Part shown: positions 24,101 to 34,831 of the stretch, piece after piece
Layout of the letters: each line of letters opens with the position of its first letter
Position numbering within the stretch: position 1 is the first letter of the stretch
DNA from: Perkinsus chesapeaki ATCC PRA-425
Taxonomy: Eukaryota; Protista; Perkinsozoa
Direction of reading: 5' to 3'
DNA length: 64,000 bases
NCBI GenBank assembly: GCA_013115145.1
Contig: JAAPAO010000016.1
Coordinates: forward strand, 62,001 to 126,000
Program-made: the position numbers and the translations under genes
Notes under the pieces: model-generated
Databases searched by the model: none
What the model was told of the DNA's origin: nothing
What the model saw: only the letters and a program-made list of their open reading frames with translations

Positions 24101-25412
24101 CAGCTCTCAGCGACCAACTTACGGAGGGGATTGCCAGTAGGGGGACAGAGCACACAATTGGTGACTGTTGGGTTGTAGGGAAATTCAAGGGTGTGCATAT
24201 GTGTTCGAATCCGGCGCGGATCAGAATGGATCTCGGCGGGCAGGTTGTCGAAGAGGACGATCTTTCGAACAAAGCCGACTTCACCGTATTTCGCTCGCCT
24301 GATGTGAGTTGGGGAGGATCATCCCTCAAATGGGGGAAATCTTCATCATCGTTCTTCAACCCCGGCATTTTCCACGGGGATGATACACCTAGTGTTTACT
24401 GATAGTGGCAATCGGTGCTGTCCGTATTTCGCATCTTTTTGAATTTCCTATCGATTGGGTTAACTCTGCCATTTTTGGACATTTCTTAAATTTGTGGAGA
24501 CGGCTCCGGAATCAGTATCGAGTCCATGGGGGGTAATGTGAGCTCAGCTTCGTATAGGTGTGTCGCAAGTTGTATGATAACTGCATAGTTCGGCGATTGG
24601 AGAGCATGGTTTCGAGGACCAAGGAGGAGCGGCAGATGGCTACTAATAGAGAAGTAGGTCATCCGAGTGGAGCAGGAGTGCCGTGTTGGATTGTTTAGTA
24701 TTAATTAAGCGTAATGCAGTGCAAGTAATGCAATTATTAATATGTATAGTAAAGAGCAGTGGCGTAGCGCGGGGGGGGCGGTGCAGCGTGCTGTGGGGTA
24801 TGGGTTTTGGGGACAGTAATTGGCCCTTAGGGGGGTAGGTCTGCCCCCACCTTGCCCCCCCACTCTCAAGTACCCAGCTACGGCACTGATAAAGAGTGAC
24901 ATAACATTATCATGATAAAAAAGGTTGTGATTCATTGATAGATGTGACTATAATACTATTATACTTCATGATAAATAATAATAATAAACGATAGTAGACT
25001 ATGTCAAATCGAGCATTGCGATTTTTATCAGTTCATGCGAGCGATAATACATCAAGGCCATTTGTGTCCGGTGTCCCAGGAGGTTCAACCGGTCATATGG
25101 GGACTAGATCACATCTTGCAGCTTCACGCGCCACCAAATGCGGTAGGTAACAGGATCACTGGTGGTTGGAAGTGTGTGCAGGTGTTCATTTGCGATCCTT
25201 CGGTAACGCCTTGCGAGGAGGTCTTGGAGAGCGACTTGGTGTTTTGCAGCACAGGCCAGTTCAAGAAATCTCTCACAGGTAGGTTGAAGTCTGTTACTTC
25301 TGCGCGGCAGAGGTGATGTTATCCAGATGATGATGATGAAGGGTATCCCTTCTACGTCTATCGTCCTTTCGCCAGAGACTATCGGGATTGCCTTGAACGA
25401 AGTAATGTGTGA
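21163..25412 (+). CDS. POLE2: DNA polymerase epsilon subunit B, multi-exon
   Basis: Exons encode LIDAY, MFRERF, VTAVENLPG, VFGLLSRASEGALHIEDIHQSVRLDFSK, VVVIGE-VHLDD, AVYVFMGNF, HLVFIPGPDDP, MCSNPARIR, IIHQGHLCPVSQEVQPVIWGLDHILQLHAPPNA and FYVYRP, matching the conserved Dpb2/POLE2 blocks. Confidence 0.92.
22579..22616 (-). pseudogene. Degenerate tRNA-Ala-like 3' half at the 5' end of a POLE2 intron (antisense)
   Basis: Reverse complement CATGCGAAAGGTCCCAGGTTCTATTCCCAGCCCCTCCA is followed directly by TTTT. The intron donor GT is at about 22567. Confidence 0.7.
24757..24888. mobile_element. hAT-type MITE (132 bp) in a POLE2 intron
   Basis: Termini CAGTGGCGTAGC and GCTACGGCACTG form a 12-bp inverted repeat with 1 mismatch, flanked by GTAAAGAG and ATAAAGAG (8-bp TSD, 1 mismatch). 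The interior is G/C-run rich. Confidence 0.8.
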
Positions 25413-25655
25413 TGACCGAATAATCGCTTTGAGCCTGCATGTTTAATATTGCCAGTTTCCCAAGCCTACATTTGTTGTTCTGTTAGTTCGACAGAACGCG
25501 TTTGTGGACGGCCTATAGAAACAATGCTCCTGCGAAATCCCTTGTTGACACTTCACGTCGACGAGCTCTTAGGCTCGTCACGGTTGAGCGGCTCTCATTT
25601 CGGTAACTTTTGGTATCTGTAGCACCATCTGTTAGTTACTAAGCGCTGCGAGAAA

Positions 25656-28069
25656 TGTTGGTGCAAACAGGTTGGGCTGCCTCCCCTGGAGGCGGCAATA
25701 AAAGGTCCTGTTCCTAGGAGGGTGTGGTAGAAGGGAGGCATTCAGTGCTTCTTAAGCACTGGTAACATTTCCTTTTCGTATGGAGCGCATTTCCATGCAG
25801 TCTGATGAACCATTGGTCTCGGCCATAGTAATAGTCAACCGACTAGTACGAGGTCTGAGGTAGGCAAGCAATGCGTTACTGGTAGCTGGCCACCGAGGTG
25901 AAGCCCGAATTTCCTTTTTCACGAGGAACACATTTCCGGACAGTCTGATGACCATTTGTTTCGGCCAGACTACTGTGTGGGCTGGGATAGGCAGCTAGTC
26001 GGGCAGTGCGCTACTGCTGGCTGGCCACCGAGACCAACCCTGGTTTGCTGTCCTGCTGTTGCTGGATTATGCTTATCAGCCACTTTTGCATGTTCCTTCG
26101 TAACAGTGCCAGAGTCCCTCGGCCACATCGAGGGATGTACAGCTCGAAACCGGCGCCTTTGCAGAAGACTATAATGCATCCTCATAGTGCATTGGTTATG
26201 TACCGAAATCGAGGAGGTCATTTACTGCAGAACGAGGATATCATAACTCGGATACTTGTGGTGAGGAAGGGTTCCTCGATCCTTGAGGAAACGCGCTCCT
26301 TAACACATCATCTTGCACCAATTTCCAACGGCACAGTAGACTTTATATTGGCAATAGTAATTGAGCTATAATAGGTGGACAGTGCATCTTTATAACTATT
26401 AACAATGATATATCTATACGTTACTCACTCACGTGTCCCTCAATTTAATAAAATTATACAGGACTCAGGTATCTATCATTCCCGGAAAACATCTTCATGA
26501 GCCTCCATGCCTCATTGGTCTTATTGTTCATCAGCTCTCCCTCAGGCAGCTCGCATTCGGCCCTCGGACACTGTACTTGAGATGGGCCCTGGGACGGGTA
26601 ACATGACGATAAAGCTGAGCGAGCTGGCCAACCGAGTGGTGGCTATGGAGGTCAACGAGGGACTGGCCAAAGAAGTGGAGCGACGGGCGGAAATGAAGTA
26701 GGCCACGAGTCGTCCGCGTTGAGTGTGTCTTTCCACCGGTCTCCGGACTTCACTGCAGGGAAGCTGAATGTTGAGGCGTTGTCCCGTTTTGTCCAGCTTA
26801 CCACCGGATTTTAGAAACCTGAAAAGCTGCGGATGGAGGGATAATAAAATGGAACCTTCACCCGCAAGCAGCAGTCTAAGTCTGAGAGTTCTGTTTTTTT
26901 CAGAGGAACGTCCAACATGGAAGTGGTCACGGGCGACTTCAAGAGGCTGGCTCTCCCACGGTTTGACGTTGTCATTGCCAATCTACCGTAGGGCTCCGTG
27001 CTACCCACAAATTGGACTGAGTATGTGGTTTACACAGGTATCACCTTGCCACAGGATTTCTATTGAAGCTTATGGGCCAACCATTTCGGACAGGAATAAT
27101 TATGCTACAGTAGGTCAGATGGCAGTGGCTGATCCATGACCGAACGCTAGACACGAGTTCGGTAAGAAGCTCCTCGCGGACCCTGGAGAGAAGATATACT
27201 CTCGATTGTCACTTAATATGAGAATGTTCTTCAAGGCTGAGAGGATATGCAAGGTGGACTAATGTGGCTTATATAGTCAGAGACTTTACGACGACAGGTG
27301 CCTGGTCGAGCCTTCTTTCCGCAGCCGCAAACCACGTCGGTCATCATTCGGCTCACGCCGCGGGTTCCAGCACCGAAAGTGGACTTCGAGGCAAGAGATG
27401 CCGGACCCCGGGATCGAACTCGCGACCTTGTCGTCAGGAGTGGGACGCGATGATCCGGATAGCATTCTTCCGCAAAAACCAGGACGTGTTTAAAATGTTT
27501 AAGCGGCTAACGGTGTTGAACATGCTCGAGCACAACTATAAGATGTGGTGCTCAATCAACCGAGTTGTAGGGAAATCTTCGCCCCGATTTTTTATCGATC
27601 TCTCACTCTCAGCCCACATCGACACTGTGCTTCCGCGACTACTGCTTAGAGGCCCTCGATCAATGTAACTTGACTTTTAAGAAGGCGAGAAGGATGGATT
27701 ACCACCACTTTGAAAGGTAACTGGCGTGGCGCTATTAGCCAAACACCACAAGGCGTGGCTTCGCCACAGGCTCTCCCCGATGCTATTTTAATCTCTCTTC
27801 AGACTGCTTGAGGCGTTCCATAAAAAAGGAATATACTTTGTTAACTTCGCAACAGCTCCGCCGAACCCTCCCGGGGAGCGTTTCGTGCCGAGCTTTGCAG
27901 AAGAAGGGTAACCTCGGGTGTATCTTGTTAAGTCGAGCTTATTGGTGAAAGATACAAATTCTATGACCCCGACGACAATGACGACTTCTTGTCGAAGATT
28001 GAAGGCCCGGAATCCTCAGACTCCACCGATTCTGAAGAAGATGATGAAAATGAATGGTTGCCATGCTGA
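25656..28069 (+). CDS. Dim1/KsgA-family rRNA adenine dimethyltransferase, multi-exon; 5' exons uncertain
   Basis: Exons encode GGHLLQNEDII, ARIRPSDTVLEMGPGTGNMT, VVAMEVN, FDVVIANLP-YHL, EFGKKLLADPGEKIYSRLS, FFPQPQTTSVIIRL, VDFE-EWDAMIRIAFFRKN and LLEAFHKKGIYF, then an acidic tail. Confidence 0.9.
27391..27437 (+). other. 47-nt GC-AG intron made largely of an antisense tRNA-Phe-like 3' half
   Basis: Sequence is GCAAGAGA-TGCCGGACCCCGGGATCGAACTCGCGACCTTG-TCGTCAG. Removing it joins VDFE to EWDAMIR in register with Dim1 homologues, and 47 is not a multiple of 3. Confidence 0.75.
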
Positions 28070-28398
28070 TGTGTTTCTGTGCTACGACGAGGTTTACCTG
28101 TCAATACTAGATAATTAATATCGACTCCAGGAGGGTCGGCAAAAGTATGATAATTCTTCTTATACCGGTATCCTCACCAGTAGCATGTTCAAGGCAGTTT
28201 GATTATTAATAAGACTTCGACCAAACACTGTCTGTTATAAATGAGGGAAGACAGAAATATCAACAAGTTGGCATTACTGATATCAACAGAGTAGAACGGA
28301 GCTTATACCTTGACGATACCGAAACTCTAGCGAGTCTGGTCGAATCTCTTTTAGTAAAGACATTTTGATAGAGACAGATACAACCAGGAGCAGTTGTA

Positions 28399-29415
28399 TT
28401 ATGCCGGAATCAGGCTCGCCAGGGCTTTGCCAGCATCAACTCGTCCAAAAGCAAAAGTGGACTTCCGAGTAGAACCTTTCACACCTTTTTGAGACGTATC
28501 TTCGATAATTTTTTTAACAGCAGTCGGAGATAGATTAGGATCAACACTATAGAGCATTGCGGCCAGACCAGCGACGATCGATGCCGCCGGTGAAGTTCCA
28601 GTGAAAAACTCGTAGGACGCTTCGAGTCCTGTAGTCATAATATCATCGCCAGGGGCCGCGATGTCCACATAATCGGCGAAGTTCGAGAACCGTCCTAATT
28701 GGTTTTCGAATTGAAGTGTCCCGGCGACACACATCATTCCCGTCAGCTTCTGAGTAAGGGCGCATGGATAAGTCTTGTCCTTGGTGATGTCTTTGCCCTT
28801 ATTTCCAGCCGTTACGATAACAAGTATCCCGGCCTTGTTGGCTCGAATGATCTTATCAGCCAGTCCTGGGACCAAGGTGTCTCTTGAAAGAGCAAATAAG
28901 ATTATCTTGATGTCCTTCTCTTGTCTGTGGCGAATGACATAATCGAAGGAGGCGATCTCGTTCTCGCCCGTCGGTGTTACGAGAGAAATAGGCATGATGT
29001 TGACGAGATCGGTCACGCCAGCTATACCGACCAAGTTATTAATAGTAGCACCTAGTACGCCGACCATGTGGGTACCATGACCATTCTGGTCATCAGTATC
29101 ATTATTCTTTGTCACCACATTATAACCCTCGATGAGGTTGCGGAGTAGGTCGGGATGTTTCGCCTCAACACCAGTATCGATAACCGCCACAGCGACTCTC
29201 TTCCTCTTCACCTTGGCCAGAAGTCTCCATGCCTCCGGGATGTTAATAGCTTCGAAGTACAGGGCCTGCAAGGGGTAGAAGAAGTCGTTCACAGGAGGGT
29301 CATCCGCCAGGGTGGTTTCATCACGGTCCACATGGTGGGGGTTGTCCTCTCCCCGCACCTTACTAGCTACTGAAGAACTGAGGAGATAGACGACGATGAA
29401 GCAGCGAAACCACAT
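28399..29415 (-). CDS. Secreted subtilisin-like serine protease (S8), intronless
   Basis: Signal-peptide-like N-terminus, catalytic triad motifs VAVIDTG, NGHGTHM and FTGTSPAA, and oxyanion TAGN. Confidence 0.93.
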   Translation of the reverse strand: MWFRCFIVVYLLSSSVASKVRGEDNPHHVDRDETTLADDPPVNDFFYPLQALYFEAINIPEAWRLLAKVKRKRVAVAVIDTGVEAKHPDLLRNLIEGYNVVTKNNDTDDQNGHGTHMVGVLGATINNLVGIAGVTDLVNIMPISLVTPTGENEIASFDYVIRHRQEKDIKIILFALSRDTLVPGLADKIIRANKAGILVIVTAGNKGKDITKDKTYPCALTQKLTGMMCVAGTLQFENQLGRFSNFADYVDIAAPGDDIMTTGLEASYEFFTGTSPAASIVAGLAAMLYSVDPNLSPTAVKKIIEDTSQKGVKGSTRKSTFAFGRVDAGKALASLIPA

Positions 29416-30473
29416 TTTTAACTAAGAGAGAACTGTATTAGGCCAATCGACTGGGGTGGGGGGTGTGGTGTTTTCGACACAAGACGGTTAGCCCAGGTCG
29501 GATTACGGTCATTCTCGACTCATCATCCTCAAGGACTTCTGGCGGAACACTCCTCTGTTGAGCTCCACGCCTGGCGGAATTTCTGCAATAAAAACAAGTT
29601 TTCCCACCACAAGGCCTCCGCGGGGCGCATCCTGAATCAGGATTACTTACCAAACCTATTGGGCAAGGGCCAATAAGAAATCCATTCGAATATGCGGAAG
29701 AAAAGCCATAGGCTTCGAAGTAAATCTAAAAGCGCGCGACCGTCGCGCCGCGACGTAACTTCAAGTATGAGGCACGGCTCTCAGTCGTGGGGGCGAGATC
29801 GATTCCCTGCTATCATTCCATGAAGCCGTTTCCGTCACAAATTGTGGGAGACAACAACGGTGTCACCATCGGTAGCTTCTGGGCACCGCGTGGCACCACA
29901 AACGATCACAGACATTGGGCCCTCATAAATTGCATATGTTGTGTGGGACGCAATCCACGGCGCACAGCGCCGTGTACGCTAATTGTACGCACACCACTTT
30001 GCCCGCATACCAAGTCGTGAACTCCGACGAGCTTGCCAATAAGAGATTTGTACCGTTACGGTACTACCGTCGTCAATTTGAACCTCCAACTGATCCATCA
30101 AGAAGGTGAATGAAGAGAGGGCCTATCCATGAAGAAGCTACGCAGGAGTTGTATGGGGAACAGATCTTGATATTAGCCAGATAGAGGCAAAATGTGTTCA
30201 CTCACCATCATCAGCCACGGAGGAATGAAAAATGAAGTTGCGGCCCTGTCCAGCGATTCGTCGTGATACTCGCACGTGCGCTAGAGCACAGAGCTGGCTC
30301 GCTTATGCACATGAGGAACTCAACACGCCTAGTATTTCAAAGCCTGGAGAATCCCTCATATACTTGATGAGATCTCCATGCTGGTGCGTTTCTTCGTCTC
30401 TCCCGGGTCATTGCGCTGCTTAATAAGCGTGCGGAAAAACATAGCCGTTTCATAATCCGTTTATGCCGAGCCG

Positions 30474-31403
30474 ATGATTGAAGTGCCCACCCCAGCATTC
30501 GGGTGCTTCCTGATGGACGCCGATGCGGGCTCAATCTTGTGGCACGTCGATTGGCCCTCCTCATGCTCTGATCAACTACACCGTATTGTGTCCAAGACTG
30601 TCGCCTGCATGATGTTCACCGACGAGGTTAAGTCGCAATATAGTCAACTTCGGTGCTTCGGTGCTTTCCAGATTCTTCACACCGAACTCGCATCCTTCGA
30701 CGTCTCTGCGCTATCAATTCGGTTTTATGTGAAAAAGTTGGACATGAGGAATGAGTGCCTTTGTGTTTATCTACCGCTGGAAGTTGTTAAAACCTTCAGA
30801 AGTCTAACTGAGGTATCTGCGCTGGCGATGTACTTCTCAAACCACATACCTTCTCAGCACGTCAACCGTTTATTACTTCACGTCACCAATGCTGTCAAGC
30901 TCAATGACTTTTCTCCAAAGTCTACCCGACGAGCCCTTGGTACAGGTCTGATGCAACTGGCCACCGACGTATGCATTGACGTGGCGATTGCTTTTCGTGG
31001 ATTTTATGTATTCATCGAATTGGAAGAGCGTTCGTTGTCACCTCCACGCAACGGCAAGCCATCAAAGAGATGCTTCCCTTGTAGAAGAACTAGAGTGACC
31101 AGAGTGCGCAAATTATCGACAGGAGTGCGACACTTGTGGGCTTTCGGGGATGTTCCACAAAAAGCACGGCAGTCGCTGGAAAGGCCCCAAGCCGGAGATG
31201 ATGATTCAAATGAAGGATATCGAATGAAGGCTTACCCTATCGAACAAGGAGGACGGAAAGGGAGATTGGTCATCGGCGTACCAACAGAGTTGACGGCGGA
31301 AGTTCTCAGGCTGCCAATTATCAGATTCCTGGAGACAGTTTTGTATGCTGCCTTCTCATGCGAGTGCGATTCAACAAAACACCACGTGCATGAGCGGCAA
31401 TGA
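30474..31403 (+). CDS. Intronless hypothetical protein (309 aa)
   Basis: ATG-initiated 309-codon ORF with no recognisable catalytic motif. Confidence 0.65.
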   Translation: MIEVPTPAFGCFLMDADAGSILWHVDWPSSCSDQLHRIVSKTVACMMFTDEVKSQYSQLRCFGAFQILHTELASFDVSALSIRFYVKKLDMRNECLCVYLPLEVVKTFRSLTEVSALAMYFSNHIPSQHVNRLLLHVTNAVKLNDFSPKSTRRALGTGLMQLATDVCIDVAIAFRGFYVFIELEERSLSPPRNGKPSKRCFPCRRTRVTRVRKLSTGVRHLWAFGDVPQKARQSLERPQAGDDDSNEGYRMKAYPIEQGGRKGRLVIGVPTELTAEVLRLPIIRFLETVLYAAFSCECDSTKHHVHERQ

Positions 31404-32309
31404 CTGTATAACGATTGTTTCGTTTATATCAGTACTAGAAACGTCAAGCCTGCTAAAGAGTATAAGACAACCTCATGCTCTGCGTAACTTATAACGGAAA
31501 GGTTCGGTAAGAATATTAGCTTTGTACGGTAAGACACTAGTCGAAATCTGGGAAGTAGTAAAGCATTTCAATCATCCGCTGAGTAGCGGCAATGCCACGA
31601 TCGATAACAACAACCATCCGGAACTAACCGCTGATCCGGAAGAGAGAGGACTTACTCCTGATTGTCACTCAATATAAGGATGTTGTTTTCCGAAGCCGAG
31701 AGGATCCACTGCGGAGACAGTCGACTAGCTTTCAGCGAAAAGCCAAGCAGTGATCCAAGCGTTTTGCGCGCAGCTTTGCCGAAGAGCAGTAACCATGGAT
31801 GTACAACGGATGTTCAACCTGTGACATTGAACCTCGATGATGATCGATGATCGATGATGTTGACGACTTTTTGTGAAAGATTCATGGCTCGGTAAACTCA
31901 GACTTTAGCGGCTCTGAATTAAAGATCATGCAGTGTTGTGCGGCATAACTGTAAAGCGGTTTGGAACACTGTTACAAGGTCAGTCTCGCAATTAGTGTTT
32001 AGCTAAACGTGATCTCTCCGCCACTGTTTTGCGATGAACAACTTATTCGACGAAAACGCATCTGCAGGCAGTCATTGATAAGAACCAAAATTGATGGAGA
32101 ATTCACGAAGAATTCACAGAGAACTTGAGTACTTTTGTCTCTGATGAGCTAAGAGCCATTGTGAGAGCTAATCTCTTGGCAAACATGAATGTGTTACCCG
32201 TAAAGACTTGAGAAGAGAAAGAGAAAAGGTGATGACAATTCAACCGTTGAAGCCTTAGCAGAGTTGTAATGAGAGTAGTGCAAAATGAGCTCACTTAGAA
32301 ATGTCAGCG

Positions 32310-33978
32310 CTAACCGCCTCTACACGCTGTTGCTTTCAGTTTCCTAGCAAGAACTGGTCTGATAGTCGGAGTTGACAATAAATTACAGAAACCTGATCGT
32401 TCACCTCTTATACATGTAACTTAGCTCGATCTTACCTGGACCCTTCTTCGCCTTCGGATCTCTGAAAATTCCAACATAGCCTCCCTCACCCCAGTCAGTT
32501 CCCCAACTGTTTCTTAGCTTCCAATAACTGATAAAAATCACTCTTAAACTTGTAAATATAAAATTTAACAACCATGGGAAGATTGAAAGGTCAATAATAT
32601 CAATATTCTTAAGATGACCACTCAGACCTCCACTTACCTTTTGCCATTTTCTACACCAAATCCAACAAGTAGGATGGAGTGCTTTGGTTCCTTATTGCAG
32701 TCAAATCCTTCACAAAGTGATCATGCCGATTCCGGTTGTACTTCACTTTACTCACCGTTAAGAATTCCTCCTTTATATTGTTTCCATTCAAGCGGCGACG
32801 CGTTAATACCCACGGCTATTGGACCTTTCTGAAGCTCGGAAAAGAGACCCTTCAGGTCCCCATCTTCAATGAAAACACTGTTGTTGACCTTCAAATCGTT
32901 GGCCTGGTAGGTGTACCGTTCAGGTACTCGGGCACGCTCTTTTTGACTCACCCTCAGGCATTGTTTAGTTTTGTCATCAGCAATATCTTTCCGGCATTGA
33001 CCTTCTTCTTGATGATAAGGATAATCATCATCAGAAACTACTCCATTATTATTCACGTACAATAGTTGCGTAGTATCTATTGCGCCTGAAGGAGAAGGTT
33101 CAAGACTGTCCTAGGCAATGGCCATCCCCCGTTAAACCCACTTGCGTATGGCGCAGTCAATTATTTCTTGTGGTGCCATTCTCGGCAAGACTCCAGTTTT
33201 GACCTTGAAGGCTCCTTCCACAGAACCTAAAGCAAGGAGAGGTGGTGAGCAGTTACACTAGACTTACCATTACCTATCGTAGCTATAGCGTAACAACTGC
33301 CGGAGCTCCCTTGATCAATGGGAGGATTAACAGCTCCTTTCTCGGTCCAACTGAAGTCTGTAGGGGCTTGGACGTTATCGGTGGTGTCATGACTTGCCTG
33401 GGACATACTTGACCATGTTTTCCTGATGAACTATTACATACGATAAATCTTACTTTTGCTGCCGAGGAACTTACCAAATGGCATTCTCCTCATAGTACAT
33501 ACCAAGGCTCGAGGAGCGTTCTGCAGCGAACTCTTCGTCGGTCATAGCAGTATACTCATTGACTTCAAGGGTGTAGGATAGGTCTAAAAATACTTGCGAT
33601 CTCTCAAGACGGCACAGAAGGCAAATGGAGAACATAAACGGATCCTCGGTCTCGCTCCGAGCGAACCACTCGACATGTTTTCGGTGGACCTACTCTTTCT
33701 GTTTGTCTCTTCGATCAGGGCTAAATTCTTCCGAAAAGTACTATACCTATGCTCATCCTCCTTCGCATCCTTAAACTTCAGTGAGTACCTAAAGACCTTT
33801 GGTGTGAACACTCTTTTTATCCCCGCCTCTCAAGCGACGGAGAGACGTCTTACTTGGCCTTGAAATCCTCGTACTTCTGGCGCACATCAGCTACATTTTC
33901 TCCCCAATCCGCTGCAGTAGTCAGATCACCCACGAGTGATGTGAACATGACAGCTAAGTGCAGACTTCTTCCCTTCAT
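32310..33978 (-). CDS. Papain-family (C1A, cathepsin L-like) cysteine protease with I29 prodomain, multi-exon
   Basis: Signal-like start MKGRSLHLAVMF, prodomain EHRYSTFRKNLALIEETN and VNEYTAMTDEEF, and mature-domain motifs DFSWTEKGAVNPPIDQGSSGSCYA, YPY, KGPIAVGINA, PKHSILLVGFG and YWKLRNSWGTDWGEGGY. Confidence 0.92.
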
Positions 33979-34831
33979 TTGACTTGATAGGCGGAGAAAT
34001 CGTGTGGTAGTGGTAAGAATAATATCTTAACCTGTTTAGCTCTCCCAAAGGTTCAGTTCAGCTCGGCTTTCCGGAGAAAGTCGAGGAGAGTAACACCGCC
34101 GTACACCCTCGTTGGGAGGCTCTCAATAACCATACAAGCTATAGACTCTTCTGAAGCCGATTGGGATTGACTTGGCCGTCCGACATGGCCCATGCTTGCG
34201 CAGCCTCATCGGACCTATCGAAGATATCCCCTACTGAGCGGGACAGCCGTGACGGTCACCTTCACGTAGTGACTGTTACCGCGCCTATGACTGTCTAGCT
34301 GTGCGAAGGCAAGAGAATAGTTACGGCAGCATGCTGTTGAAAAATGTGGCTCTCTTCCATGCATCCATCTATTAGCAGAAGAGTCGTCATTCCGTTTTTC
34401 TGGAATATACCCTCTTGCTACGCATTATGTATCTGATGATCGATATCATGAATATCGTGAAATCTATGCCCCTATTCCTGGAGCTGTTTTCCTCGTTTGA
34501 GCAGTGCCGTCAAACCGTGTCTGTGTTCGTGCATGTGATGTCCTTATCCGCGAAAAATGGAGGTTAGTTCGAACGGTATATTATGGAAGTATGACAGGTA
34601 TAAGTTTGAACGGAAGCATCTCCACTTGGCGGCCAGATTTCTTGAGGCAGCTCTGCCTTTACTATTTGCATGGAACCGCCATTCGACAACCGATGAAGTG
34701 AATGGCCGATCTTGACTGTCTGCGCGGTGCTGCGTTCACGTTACTACTAGGAACACAAAAGGCTTCGAAGAGTATAAGACAGCTTCATAGTTCGAGCCAC
34801 ACAAAGTTGAAAAATGTCAAGTTGGCTGAAT

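Noticed and set aside
29787-30110. Short + strand ORFs with a faint resemblance to BEL/Pao integrase
   Set aside because: No catalytic motif can be placed with confidence, so the region is left unassigned.
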